DNA from: Octopus vulgaris
Taxonomy: Eukaryota
DNA length: 64,000 nt
Reading direction: 5' to 3'
NCBI GenBank assembly: GCA_951406725.2
Contig: OX597828.1
Span: 59,520,001 to 59,584,000, forward strand
A program made the position numbers and the translations under genes. Every line of letters starts with the position of its first letter. The stretch's first letter is position 1. Positions 39,211 through 56,379 of the stretch are shown one piece after another. The notes under the pieces were generated by a model, which was not told where the DNA came from, ran no database searches, and saw nothing but the letters and a program-made list of their open reading frames with translations.

Positions 39211-39825
39211 TACAATACAAACACACAAATATACTTTAGGCAACAGTATTATGAATCACTGACGAAAGCAAACGATATAGCTTTTCAATTAACATAATAA
39301 TGGAAAGTTATTGAACGAAAATAAACCAGATTTATGCATGAATGCAACTCAGACTATCTATGATATTGAAACTGAGATAAACTTACATTAAGACCGGCCA
39401 CATACACATATGTACTTCAACATAATCCCCAATAAAGATAGAGAAAACATGCTTGTATATAATTTAATATACATATGGAAATTGAATATTAAAAGAAATA
39501 CAAGATGATAAGGCAGGCCATAGATAAACTCGTATCACTGACTGCTACGTTCATGATCAGGCGTCATCTAACGGAGGTCACTAGGCGTGACTCTTATAGT
39601 ATGTGTTCAGCTTCAAATCCCCTGATGCATGCATTTCATAAGCTAAGACTATACCATTTAGTTATATGGCGAAGTTCAAAGATATTAGATATATAAAGAA
39701 TATTTAATTAATCGCTTCCAAGCGGTTAAATTATCCTAATAATATCATCATATACATATGTGTGTGTCTGTGTATGTGTGTATATATGTGTGTGTGTGTG
39801 TGTGTGTGCGCGCACCCATATATAT

Positions 39826-40057
39826 ATTTCTTTACTGCCCACAACGGGCTAAACATAGAGGGAACAAACAAGGACAGACAAAATGATTAAGTCGATCACA
39901 TCAACCCCAGTGCGAAACTGGTACTGTATTTATCGACCCCGAAAGGATGAAAGGCAAAGTCGACTTCAGCGGAATTTGAACTCAGAACGTAACGACAGAC
40001 GAAATACTGCTAAGCATTTCGCCCGGCGTGCTAACGTTTCTGCCAGCTCGCTGCCTT
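39826..40057 (-). mobile_element. SINE family S-N, near full length
   Basis: Matches 31284-31516. Confidence 0.82.
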
Positions 40058-40060
40058 CAA

Positions 40061-43892
<3,832 letters not shown>

Positions 43893-43995
43893 CTGTGTTA
43901 TTTGTTTTACAAGATTCCCCTTCCATAACTAAACAGCAGAGGAGGAGAACGTGGAATGAAGAGTCGCTAAAAAGTTCACAAGATGTGTGAAAACT

Positions 43996-44046
43996 ATGTG
44001 AGCGGATTTGGCAGGCGGAAAAGGAAAGAAGCTCGTCGTATGTATG

Positions 44047-44119
<73 letters not shown>

Positions 44120-44204
44120 AGATATATATAATAAAGATAAGATCGTTATGTTGCTATATGAAAACTTAGGGTGGTTATATATATGTATGTGCACACACAC
44201 ACAT

Positions 44205-44262
<58 letters not shown>

Positions 44263-44490
44263 GTGTGTGTCTTTGTGTTTGTATTTCTGCGCCACCATCA
44301 CCGCTTGGCAACCGATGTTTGTGTGTTTATGTTCCCCTAACGTAGCGGTTCAGCCAAAGAAACGATTGAATAAGTACTAGGTTTAAAAAAACTAGTACTT
44401 GAAGGATTCTATCCTGAGATCGAATCCTTCAACGCAGTGCTCCAGCATGGCCGCAGTCAGAAGGCTGAAACAAGTAAAAGAATAAAAGAA
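43996..44490 (+). mobile_element. SINE family S-K, 3' portion with expanded internal microsatellite
   Basis: gtgagcggatttggcaggcggaaa...aaagaagctcgtcgta; ends ccagcatggccgcagtcagaaggctgaaaca. Confidence 0.75.
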
Positions 44491-45204
44491 GTTTTATAAT
44501 TCAAATAAGAAGAGAACGAAGACTTTACATCTTTAATGTTCAGTTACAATCGTTTCTATACCAACTGTGCTTCCAACGCCAGTCCACACAAAAGTACTAC
44601 GTGAAAAATTACGCAATATTTGTGATTTTAAACATTAGAGTGGCACTTCTTCATACCCATATGAAAGGTGCACTCTTACATTGTTCGTCCGTCAGGCTAT
44701 GTGTTTTCCATATGTCGGGCGGTGACAGAGAGTTTATAAAGATAAATATGAAAGTACACTTGCGTCAGAAATTAATTAGCACTTCTCAAATTTCTACATT
44801 AAATAGGTTAAATCAATTAACCTATGAGCTGTTCAAAACGTCTTACGCGATGAGAAAACTAAGTATGGTGTGATTTCGGTCCTTGCGAGGCGCTACCTAT
44901 ATCTATTAAACAAAGAAAGATTTGTCTGCATCCGCACTCCAAGTTGTTGTTGCACTGCTATGTCAACATCATAAGGCTGTAGACTCTCAAACTGCTCTGA
45001 AAACAAAGTTACGTCATCGTTCTGCGCAACAGTGAACTCGCAACAAAGCAATAGTTCGAGATATGGCCACTAGGTGACAGCACATACCTTGAGTGAAGAG
45101 CAAATCAAGGGTGCTAATTAATTTCTGACGGTAGTGTAGATTGTGAAAATATGGAGAGGGAAATCACATTTCAATAGCAAAGTAGATAAAAGTGTGGTTA
45201 CAAA

Positions 45205-45830
45205 ATGAAGGAGAAATAGAAGAAGGAGAAGAGGAAGAAGACGAAGTAGGGGAGGAAGAAGAGACGAAGAAGAAAGTGAAAAAGAAGAAGAAGCAGAAGA
45301 ACAAGAAGAACAAGAAGATGTAGAAGAGGAATAAGAACACGTGAAGAAGAAGACGAAGAAGAAGAGGAATGAGAAGAAGGGGAAGAAATAGAAGGGGAGG
45401 AAGAGGAAGGAGAAGAAGAAGAGGAAAAAAAGAAGAAAGCGAAAAATAAGAAGAATACGAATAAGAAGTTGAAGGAGAAGAAGAGAAAGAAAACGAAGAA
45501 GTAGAGGAGGAAGAAGAAAAGGAAGAAGAAAGTGAAGAAAAAGAATTAGAAGAGGAAGAAGTAGAAGAAAGTGAAAAAGAAGAACGAGAATAAGAATAAA
45601 AAGGCGAAGGAGAAGAAGAGGAAGTAGAAGAAGGTGAAAAAGAGGAAGAAGAACAACAACAAGATGTTCGAGAAGAAGAAGAAAAAGAAGAAGGAGAAGA
45701 AGAAGAAGAAGAAGAAGAAGAAGAAGAAGAAGAAGAAGAAGAAGAAGAAGAAGAACGAGAAAAGGAAAACAGAAGTAGAAGAGCGAGAAGGAAAAATTGG
45801 TGAAGATGAAGAAAGAGAAAGCGAAAACGA
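45205..45830. repeat. Purine-rich degenerate (GAA)n tract
   Basis: ~620 bp almost entirely G/A on the plus strand; source of the poly-L/S/K ORFs. Confidence 0.9.
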
Positions 45831-46917
45831 TTAGTTGGAAGGAACAAATTACAATAGACAAGAGAATGGTAATTTTGGTGTGGAACCATAGATATCTAGT
45901 GATAAAATAAAGTAACGAAGAGAAGAAGAAGAGTTATATAATAAAAATAATTACGACAGCAACAATAATAACGAGAGGAATAATATTAGTAGTCGTAGTA
46001 GTAGCAGCAGCAGTAGTAGTATGATTAGTATTAGTAGTAGTATTAGTAGTAGTAGTAATAATGAAAATAATAGAAATATCAAGGATGATAATGCTAATAA
46101 TAATCGTAACTATACTAGAAATGATAATGATAATAATAATGGTTGTAGTGATAACCACGACAGCAGAAGCAGTTGGAACGCAAAACACCAATATTGGTGA
46201 TGATGACAAAAGCAAAGCGTAGATAGCCTAAAGCTCAGGTTGAGTGCTGCATTGGAAATATGATTTCTTTTTACTCCGAAACAAAATATTACTAAAAAAA
46301 AAATTTATGACTGAAAACTTTCACCAATACAATTAAAATAAAACTGTATTCTTGACACAATGGAAGCCAACCTACACACACACACACACAGGGAAAAAAT
46401 TCCCCTCAGTAGAACATTCAACCTATTCGTAAATCCATTTTTACTGATATGGACATTTAACACAATATATTCATACCCTACATGCAGCTGAGCACATTCT
46501 AGATAGAAAAGAAACCTGCTATTCAATTCAGTAGCATTTTTGACACTTAAGCTCTTGAATGTTTTTCCAAGCCCCAGCATAAGCAACACTATATGAGAAA
46601 AAAAAAACACTTTGAGTAAAAATATCGAATATGTTCTTTACACACAAAGTATGAGGCAATAAGGTGTTTTAATTTCTAATCTCTGTTTCATAATTCGCGA
46701 CTTTGAATTTTTAATATTTGATAAGATGGACATACACATCGAAACCAGAAATAATTTATAAAAGTCACAATGTAGCAAATGCACAAATACGTATTATGTC
46801 TGATTAAAGAAAAACAGTAAAAAGAATCTTTAAATATACAGGTGTCCCGCATTGTTGAAATATACTTTTTGACGAATTTCAGGTTTCAGAACGTTGCTTA
46901 ATCTTTACTCAGCCTGT

Positions 46918-46964
<47 letters not shown>

Positions 46965-47074
46965 TAAAAACTGTAAGATACCAACAGAAAGAAAGAGATC
47001 TAGATATTATGTAAATTATGTAAATTGAGGAATTTATCTGTAAATGTAATATGTGACAATTATTCGGTAGCCAT

Positions 47075-47135
47075 GATAAAGCTCCGAGTTTCGGATGCCG
47101 AGTTGGAAATCAACGCCACCATCTCTTCAGTTATC
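47075..47135 (-). ncRNA. Hammerhead motif (mirror copy, U16.1 changed to C, probably inactive)
   Basis: GAUAA-CUGAAGA-...GGCAUCC-GAAA-CUCGGAG-C-U-UUAUC. Confidence 0.55.
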
Positions 47136-47164
47136 CGGCCATCATAGCGTTTTTCTGATGGCTG

Positions 47165-47223
47165 GATAACTGAAGAAGGTGGCATGGATTTCCACCTTGG
47201 CATCCGAAACTCGGAGTTTTATC
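47165..47223 (+). ncRNA. Type I hammerhead motif
   Basis: GAUAA-CUGAAGA-AGGUGGCAUGGA(UU)UCCACCUUGGCAUCC-GAAA-CUCGGAG-U-U-UUAUC; the base of stem II is imperfect. Confidence 0.65.
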
Positions 47224-47271
47224 TTGGCTACCGAATAATTGTCACATATTACATTTACATATATACATATA

Positions 47272-49010
47272 TAAAATGCGGATGTCAAGTGAAACCAGGT
47301 TGCCTCCATATTGGTCCTTGGAAGTTTGGTAGGGTATGGAGGACTGTTTTTTGTCATTATATTGGCTCAAATGTTCATTTGTCTTTCCGGAATGCTCCTG
47401 GATGTCTCCTCTATCTATGTCATGTTCATGTCTTTACAAGCACCTTCTATGCATCTTATGCTGTACACTACATTTCTAGTTCTACAGTTAATGCCAGGGT
47501 TAACCTTACATGCCATGCAATTATCATTGGTGCATACGGTATTCCCAAAGGGATACGTCCTACATAGTTGTGATCTGAGGGAGTTCCCTGGCCTTTCAAC
47601 AATATTAATGTTGTGTTTGGTCTCCTTCAGAGCTTTTCTGAATCTACGGGCTAGGTCTCCAAGGGCTGTGGCCTCTGCAAATATAACTCCTCGATATTTG
47701 TCGGATTTATACCATATATTCACCCCGTTTTCGCTGTCACAGGCTCTTTGTATCTTATTCCAGTCTTTGCTTCTATATCTAGGGGAGGTACCACTGGTTC
47801 CATTACATATAATGTTATCTAACTTCTTTCTAGCACCCCTGTATACTCGAACATTATCTTTCTGATCATATCCAGAGAATTGCATGCGGTGCATGAAGTT
47901 CTGTTCGCGCTTCTTCGTTTCATCGGGTTTGCACAGTGAGGACATTTTGTTCATTATCCTAACTAATTCTGCTATCAGTATGTTGACATTCAAGTTGTGT
48001 GACAAAGCCGAGTTCTTGTGAACAACGTATTTCGAAGCTATGGGTTTCATGTAATAGGAGTGGAGGAACTGCACTCTGTTATTGACAGTCTCGAACCAAA
48101 GTTCAGTATCAAGGACGGGGAGTCTATTGTTGGGGTGCCTAGTTGGGTAATCTATATTTACCTTGATACTTTGGTGGATGGAGTTAGCTACCTGCTGGGT
48201 GCTCTTCATTGTGTTCCTCTCCGTTTCTACATTATCGTTAGTAGAGTTGGTCTTAACTATGATATTCATGTCATCTACATCCTTACTGTAAATAGAAGAG
48301 TTTTGAACTATTCTGCTAAGGATTGCATACATTTTCTGTCCCACCAGGGCATGTAGAGGACGGCCACATCTCCAGCTACACCGACACCAATGGTTTCACC
48401 TTGAACCTGCATGTATAGTTTCTTGTTAAACTTTACTACGTGGTTCTTGAAGGTAGTTCTTACACTAGCTCCTATTGCATGTGTAATCATTCTTTTCTCT
48501 ACTTCACTCTCACCAGTTATCTCAATGCATTTCTTCACAATAAAATCTATGTCTATAGATGACTAGGGTGAAATCACATCCATACTACCCACTACACAAC
48601 CTGTGAGGTCGCTAGAATGGTTGCAACTACTGATTTTACTGAGAAGGTCTTCTGTGCGCACAGACATCTGGGGACATTTCTATGAGAGGTCGTACTACAT
48701 GAGAGATGAAGTAGGACAGTCTATAATTGTTGGAGATATTCGCTCCGCAAACTGGTCGGGTTGGGGGCCCCATGTTTATGTAGGGTTTGTGGTCTTTGCG
48801 TAACCCGTATAGTGTAGGAACATCATTGTTGTGTGCAGTCCATTTCTTAGGTTGGAGTATGTTGCACCACATTCCCATGTGTGCATTGAGGAATTTTCCC
48901 ATTCCTTTATGTTCCTGTGGTGCGACTTCTCTCATGCTACTGATGTGTTGTTGCATGGTCTGGACATAGTTCTGTGGGCTGTCTATTGACACTCTGCCAG
49001 ACGTGTCCGT
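47272..49010 (-). pseudogene. Decayed Penelope-like element ORF: RT, Cys-rich linker and GIY-YIG endonuclease
   Basis: PTLYGLRKDHK..PPTRPV; LYMQVQGETIGVGVAGDVAVLYM; SKDVDD (YVDD site); LPVLDTEL; YMKP...HKNSA; CTNDNCMAC; CRTRNVVYSIRC...T*IEETSRSIPER. Multiple frameshifts and stops. Confidence 0.88.
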
Positions 49011-49077
49011 AATACATACATACATGTGTATGCGCACACACACATGCGCACAAACAAACAAACAAACAAAAAGAACG

Positions 49078-49225
49078 CAGCTTGAATAACGGACAGAGTC
49101 AGCAACTATTGAAAAGGTTGCAAGACGCAACGAAAAGTTTAGGACAATAAATAAGTAAATGAGTGGAAATTTAACGGTGCGTGTGTTAAATTATAAGGCA
49201 CTAAAAGAAAATGTGCTCAGACATG
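49078..49225 (+). mobile_element. Family C element; HHR motif at 49106-49142 with U3-A8 core
   Basis: CUA-UUGAAAA-G-GUUGC(AAGAC)GCAAC-GAAA-AG-U-U-UAG. Confidence 0.62.
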
Positions 49226-49495
49226 AGTGCATTATATTTTATGACAGGAACAGTTGTTAGCTAATTAATTGATTGCAATTTCTTACTTCCTTGTCATTTT
49301 AATATCTTATTACTGCTATAAACCTGATTGGCGCTTTGTTCTTAAGCATGTATATTGTGTTCTTAGACGAGGTTACTAGTATCGCTATTTCTAGGCGAAA
49401 TAAAATCTAAACATAAACATATTATTGCTATTACTTCTGTTATACGTTTCAGTCATTTGACTGCTGCCATACTGGAGCCCCGCCTTAAAGGGTTT

Positions 49496-49712
49496 TTTCA
49501 AAATGATACCTCGTGTGTACCGTTGGCGATTTTTTCCCTCTGTCTTCCCTTCTCGGGATCTTTCCTTCTCCTATGATTCCGACGAAGAGCTCCGCTCGAA
49601 ATGTTAAACCCTCCTTCTTTCCTGAGCGTCCAATAATACTATATTTGTTCCACGTCCTCGCGTTGTTGTGTTTTTGTGTGTTTTTATTTTTTGTGTTTTC
49701 TTGTTTGGATTA

Positions 49713-49717
<5 letters not shown>
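49496..49717 (+). mobile_element. HHR-bearing element, family A; HHR motif at 49575-49609
   Basis: GAUU-CCGACGA-A-GAGC(UCC)GCUC-GAAA-UG-U-U-AAAC; ends in (TA)n. Confidence 0.78.
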
Positions 49718-49747
<30 letters not shown>

Positions 49748-50171
49748 CTGGTTTCTTTCAGTGTCCATCGTCCAATTCTACTTTCAAAGCTTTGGTCGGA
49801 CTGAGGCTATAGCAGAAGACACTTGCCCAAAGTGCTACATGTAATGTTTCTATTTATTAATATATATGTGTGTGTGTGTTAACATAAATCCATGTAGAGC
49901 TTACAGACACACACATACATAAATACATACACTCGCCCGCACATAGGCACGCACACACTCACACACACACAGACGTATATATGTAGTGACAAGGATACGT
50001 CGTTAAGGAAGTTAATTTGTATGCGGCTCCGTGCTGAAACCTTTGCACAGCAATTTCAGAGTGGTGTTTAAAAGTCGGAAATTGTAAAAGTATACTGTGC
50101 TATACCACCCGCCCACATACAAATACAAGCATGCATGCACGCACGCATACACTCACATGTATGAGCAATAT

Positions 50172-50334
50172 TCTTTTGTACTCTAGGCACAAGGCCCGAA
50201 ATTTTGGGGGAGGGGCCAGCCGATTAGATCGATCTTAGTATGGAACTGGTACTTACTTTATCGACACCGAAAGGATGAAAGGCAAAGTCGACCTCGGCGG
50301 ATTTGAACTCAGAACGTAAAGACAGACGAAATAC
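50172..50334 (-). mobile_element. SINE family S-N variant
   Basis: ccgaaaggatgaaaggcaaagtcgacctcggcgga core. Confidence 0.75.
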
Positions 50335-50633
50335 ACATATATAAACAATGTTGATTTCACTTTCTTATATCGCACTTCCGGATGACCTCTACTCAACTCT
50401 GACATCTAGACTTCTCCCTCTATATCTACCTATTGGGCTAGCCTACTTCATCGTCTGAGGGTGTCCACACAACACACTTAGACTTCAAATTTCTTTTACA
50501 ACGGTTTATTACACAAGTTGTGTGAATCATTAAACTCGAAACTCGAATTCCCAGTGAAATCAATATTATTAATAGATTTCACTCTACTAATTATCCCCAC
50601 TAATCCACTTGAGCACATATACATATACATTTA

Positions 50634-51060
50634 TAAAGTGCCGGACCTGCCCGTTATCTGGCTTCCAGAAATCCGGCAATACTGTGCAATACTTTTCAAT
50701 ATAATGTACCCTGTATTGAATAAATAGACTCTGTTTTTGAAGTTGATTAATTTGCGCAGAGTGGAGTGGTAAAGGTTAATTACACTCTGCTTTATCATTG
50801 TATCAAATTTGAAATATATCATTTAAATAACGTCATGTTCTATACATTTATTCAATTTCTTCCTATAAATTTCATACTGTATACATGATACAACATAGTA
50901 TATCATAGTATATCATCTGCTTTACAATTGTTAAATATGATTTGGTTCTTTACTTTATAGCACTTTTAACTATATATTCATAACTATATATTCATAATGT
51001 CTCCAGAAATCTGGGACTCTTTCCGTCCCAAGGTTTCCGGATAACTGGTCCAGCATTGTA
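50634..51060. mobile_element. MITE with degenerate TIRs
   Basis: aagtgccggacctgcccgttatctgg ... ccggataactggtccagcattgta. Confidence 0.55.
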
Positions 51061-51179
51061 TATTTGTGCGTATTAAACATATAATCATACGTAGATGCAT
51101 ACGTTCTTACAAGGCACTGGTGTTGCATGAAGCTTAGTTTTCTTCGATTTTTTGTGTTTTATGTTACGCATGGCTGTGT

Positions 51180-51897
51180 AATCTGGTGATAAAATGCAGA
51201 CGGCTAGCTGGATGGATTCTTCGAACTTTCAGAACAAGAGAGAAGGAGACACTGATGGTCCTATGGAAAACATTCGTCCTCAGCCGCTTGGACTACTGCT
51301 CCCAACTATGGTCACCACAAAATATAAAACCAACAGCAGAACTCGAAGCAATTCAGAGAAGCTACACAAAGAAAATCGTCTCAATGCAAAATATCAGCTA
51401 CTGGGAAAGACTGAAAGTATTAAACCTCTTCTCCCTAGAGCGGAGGCGGGAGAGATATGCGGTGATATACATCTGGAAAATCCTGGAGGGTCTTGTCCCA
51501 AACTTTGGCATTCAAAGGTACTCCAACCGCAGAACGGGGCGCCGCTGCGTGGTGCCAAGGATTCCAACATCACCATCAAAATACAGGTCCAGATACTGCA
51601 ACAGCTTGGGTTTCAGAGGACCACAGCTCTTTAACATCCTCCCTAAATGCCTGAGAGACTTACATGGTGTGGATGTGGGTTTCTTTAAAACTAAACTGGA
51701 TCTCTTCTTGTTGGGAGTCCCAGATGAACCTACCTCACGACAGGAGACGCAGATGCGGGCAGCAGCATCGAACTCCCTTGTTGATCAAGTGCCACGTATC
51801 AGAGGTGGATTCACAAACTAGTGTATCTCATTCAGCGGGCGGTGGTGCCCCAGCATGGCCGCGGCCTTCCGGTTAAAACATTTTTAAGGATTTAAAG

Positions 51898-51900
<3 letters not shown>
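51180..51900 (+). mobile_element. 5'-truncated LINE, family L-A
   Basis: Highly similar to 43041-43755; ends in (TA)n. Confidence 0.93.
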
Positions 51901-51976
<76 letters not shown>

Positions 51977-52583
51977 TATATGTATATGTACTAGCGAGTC
52001 AGCAAGAGAAACGGATAGAATAGTACGCGACACTGGGGCGTATTTGTATAGCTTGTACCTCAACATGGCCGCCGTCCAATGACTGAAAAAACGTAAATGA
52101 AAGATAAAAGATACCAACTCCAGTCGGTTGTTTCCGTTTGGGTTTTTCATGTTTCTTTTCATTTTCATTTCGTTTCACTTCTACAATAGTGAATTAGACA
52201 ATACTAATGTTTAAGTTAGAATTACTTTATATTTTATGAAATATTGAATTTTGAAAGTCAAGAAAAACAATATGTCTGGAAACGAAAATTATATAGTAAT
52301 CAACTCCAGAGGGGAAAAAGTTCAACGAAAACTACGAATCGTAGCAAATTTTTGAACAATTAAAAGAAATCAGTAATAAACAGAACCAGTATACAATAGG
52401 TATATCTACAATAACTTCAAAACATACATTACACATTATGGTGTATTAACATTATAGGAACAATGGGGGGGGGGATGTGCTATTTTGAAATGTTGATTTT
52501 AGTTTCTCTTCAAAATTTTACATCTTTCCTTCAACCATATAATATTACGTCAGTAGCCATTATATTTGGGCGTGCGTATCTGT

Positions 52584-52625
<42 letters not shown>

Positions 52626-52786
52626 ATATGTGTGTTTGCAAGTGTGTGCATGTGTGTGCATGTGTGTGCTTGGTTATAAAGGCTGTCATTTATAGATTTA
52701 TCTACTTTGAGTTGCATCGTTCAAAAGGATTATATCATTTCTGAAAGTTCCTCAATACTTGTGATATGTCTTTATATATATTTATG

Positions 52787-52851
<65 letters not shown>

Positions 52852-53249
52852 CAATTAAGATTCAGTTGAATTAAATACTTAATTTGAGGCCCGTGTATGT
52901 GTAAGTGAGTGTAATTGTTTCTGAGTTTGGCCCACACCACCACTTGACAACCGGTGTTGGTATGTTTACCTCTCCGTAACATTGCAATTCGGCCACAGGA
53001 AACAATAGAATAAGCACCAGAGTTAACGTTAATTAGTACTAATGTCGATTCATCTGACTTCGAATTCTTCAAGGCTTTGCCCCATTATAGCTGAGGTCTA
53101 ATGATTCAAGCAAGTATGAGTTAAAACACACACTCAGACACACGCACGCAAACACACACTCATACACACACACACACCAGGATATAATATTGTCTTCAAA
53201 TAATGGCACATCGCCAGTAATTTCAGGTGGCGAGAAGGGATGTGTGGAT

Positions 53250-53485
53250 TATATGGACCCCAGTTTTCAACTGGTACTTATTTTATTGACTCCGAAATTA
53301 TGAAAAGCGAAGTCGATCTCGACCGAATTTAAACCTAAACCGTAATGATGGACGAAATGCCGTTAAGCATCGACTCCTGTACTCAACTCTTATTTTTTCG
53401 ATCCCGAAAGAATGAAAGGTAAAGTCGACCTCGACGGAATTTGAACTTAGATCGTAAAGATGGACGAAATGCCACTAAGCATTTT
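53250..53485 (-). mobile_element. Two degraded S-N SINE cores
   Basis: ccgaaa..atgaaa.g..aagtcga.ctcga..gaattt occurs twice. Confidence 0.65.
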
Positions 53486-53624
53486 CTCGTCGCGTATAAA
53501 GGTAGGAGAAAAACAACCCTATCCAATGGACGGTGCTGAGTTGTCGAACATTTAAACAAAATTTTCTCAAAACAACTTGTCCGACCGTCCCATAGGCCTT
53601 CCCTTTGAGAAACACTGATTTAAC

Positions 53625-53860
53625 CTAAATTTGAGACACCAGCAAAAGAAGAAATAAAGATAGACTTTTTTGTATTCCAAAGAAGGCTTTATCGATCGCA
53701 TTCTCACCTGGAATCGATTTTTGTAATTTTTTCAAGACTTATACACGCCATGATACCGTCGATATATGCATATCAAATTTGAGCGCAATCGGATGGAGGA
53801 TGCCCGAGATCCTAGAAGACACACACTCAGACAGACAGAACGGATTTTATATAATAGATA
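53625..53860 (+). mobile_element. Possible Helitron/Helentron-type non-autonomous 3' end
   Basis: aaatttgagcgcaatcgg...ccgaga...acagacagacag...ttttatataatagat pattern. Confidence 0.4.
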
Positions 53861-55195
53861 ACAGTAAACACACTTCCGTTTTACCTTGTCCATATTAATT
53901 CTTTTCTGTTTTAAACTCTTGTATCATTATTAGTGATTTTAACTCTCAGATACTGTACTGAAACGTGCTAAGCAAAAGTATGGTCAAGGTTATAAGAACT
54001 CAAGAGACACCCACTCTCTCTCTGTCTGACTGTCTGTCTGTATCACTCGCTGTCTTTATGCACAAACACATACAATGTTGGTACCAAGTGACGAATAGGC
54101 ACAATCGCTTGAGGGCTGGATGTACTGACTTGTGATATTTGGCTTCGAATGCCTATGCAGTAAATTCAAATACCGTCAAGGTAAGCTTTGCCTTCCATGC
54201 TTTTCATTTTTTTTTCCATGAGTGAGGTAAATTGTCGGGACAGTTAAAGTATCAAGCAAGATGGCCTGCATTATCTCTTTGCTTTCTGACAACCTCTACA
54301 ACAAGAATGCTGCTAAGATTTACAGACACAAGGCAGCGGCCTTTAACTTGGTTAACGTTAGTGGCGTTGAGAAGAAAGACTTAGACCAATGGGCAGCTGC
54401 CAGGTTGTATCGAAACAATCCTACCTTAGCCTACACGTACATATGCAGATACATGTGTAATATATATATATACATACACACACTACGCACATGCGCGCAC
54501 ACACACACATATATACATACGTACTATATATATATATATATATTTACACACACATACAAACACACACACAGTAACTCATTTAACGCTACTTCTGAGAGCG
54601 AAATCTCGTCATAATGAAGTTCAATAGAGCGATTAGCATCCCAATTTACAAAGAAAATAAACAGGTTCGTTTCAGCCGTCAATGCAATTTCCCGATTAAA
54701 CCTGAAAATCGCTGCAATTAACCATCTCGTTTCTCTATTAGAGAACACCGAAGGAAACAATCAGTCAAATTTCGTTTGATTTTTTTTTTTGTGTGTGTGT
54801 GTGTATGTTCTGGAACATTCGTTGGTGCTACATTTTGACATTTGCATAATAATTTCTTATATTATTAAAGTAAAGTAATTAAAAAGTAATTCAGCACTCT
54901 TATTATCCCATCACGAAACATATGCACGAAACGATATCATTAAAGAATGTCAAATTAACCTTTATAAATTGAAGAGAATGGAAATATGTCTTGGGATTAT
55001 AAGAGCTTTAGACAGAATCAATCTGACAAAAGCTACGTTGAAAAGCGCTAGTGAGTGTATCACCTTATAACTGACATAACACGCTGCAAAATCAAGGAAA
55101 TTGTGGAGAAATGTTATTTGTGTGGCTAAATATTGCAGCATAATTCGCCATACTTTCAAATTATTATGCAGTAAAAGGCGGCTCTTCATTTACAT

Positions 55196-55436
55196 CAATG
55201 GTTCTCAACAAAGGTCCATATAATCTCTGGGGGTTCATATAAGATTTTGTCATCAAAATTTAAGTGCAGGAAGTTGTTTATACTTCTACAATACACAAAA
55301 GATTTTAACAATTTTGTTTATAGAATTTCTAATAATTTTTCATTAAAATATACAATAGATTCTTTTTTAAGATTGAATGGCTATGTCCAAATAGGAATAA
55401 AAAGAATCCCTGGGCAGAAATGGTTCCGAACCACTG
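55196..55436. mobile_element. hAT-like MITE
   Basis: caatggttctcaac ... gttccgaaccactg with imperfect 8-bp TSD atttacat/atttaaac. Confidence 0.65.
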
Positions 55437-56379
55437 ATTTAAACGATTGGAAGAAGAAGACAGTGTAAATAACAGAAACTGTTGAAGTAAAAAGAAACTG
55501 ACAATGCCGGTCAAGCGTTTCTGGCTTTCTATGGAGGGCTTGAGAAGTTGAGAATTGGTCTATATTCATAGTTATATTTTTGGAAGAAAGATTTTTGTCA
55601 ACATAACATGGCAGTACTGGTTTAGGACGAATGTTGCTGTAGTTTAGCCCCAGGAGTCATCGTATACAGCTGGCTATACGACACGATCTGTGTCCTTATA
55701 TTTTCGAACAAGGGAATCTAGCACCCCCACATGTTGGCAAAAATGTTTACTCCAAAGCACTGTTGCTGAATATCTCTCGTCGTGAGATTTAAAAATAGTT
55801 ATTTTCTAAGATATATTTTTGTTAGATATTTTTTGTTAGATAATTTTGTTATTCTATATTGATCTTCCTAATTTAACTTTTTCGTAGAATGTAGCAGGTC
55901 CCCCATATTTTAAACAATAAGTGTACCACGCTGTCCGGCTTAATCCCGCCATCTGGCATTTGGGTGTCTTTAGCAGAGTTCTCTCTTTTGCACTCATTCG
56001 GACAATGCATCCAATTTAGGGATTTCTGTAACTTTTCCATGGATCATCATCCTGTATAAGTTCCTACTATGTGAAGCATAGATCCATTCCTCTGGCCAAT
56101 TCTCTCCAACGACTTACTACAAATCACTAGAAGCTATTTATACTATCTAACTCTGAGACGCTCTTACATTCACCAAACTTTAATTTTCCCTTTTTTTCGG
56201 AGACAAACTCAAGCATTTGGAAGTATTTTCAGAGTGACCCATTCCAATCAACTATCGTTCTATTGTTCTCACTTCTGACATCTCTACGGTAATGGAATAA
56301 CGTTCACTATCATTTTCTATCCCTCTCTTTCTCCCCTCAATAACAACCCATACAGCGTCGGAGAACCAAAACTAGTAAG

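Larger units (their letters stand above)
46962..47260. mobile_element. Fold-back HHR element, family D (arms ~47040-47144 and 47156-47258, tail 46962-47039)
   Basis: ~103-bp inverted repeat with an 11-nt spacer, between TA tracts. Confidence 0.85.

Noticed and set aside
39256-39295. Hammerhead candidate CUGACGA-AAGC...GCUU
   Set aside because: No GAAA or stem III follows.
45118-45889. Long hydrophobic or Ser-rich ORFs
   Set aside because: They are the antisense of a degenerate (GAA)n tract.
54261-54430. Possible host exon
   Set aside because: No recognisable domain, runs into microsatellite, and has no convincing splice-site pair.
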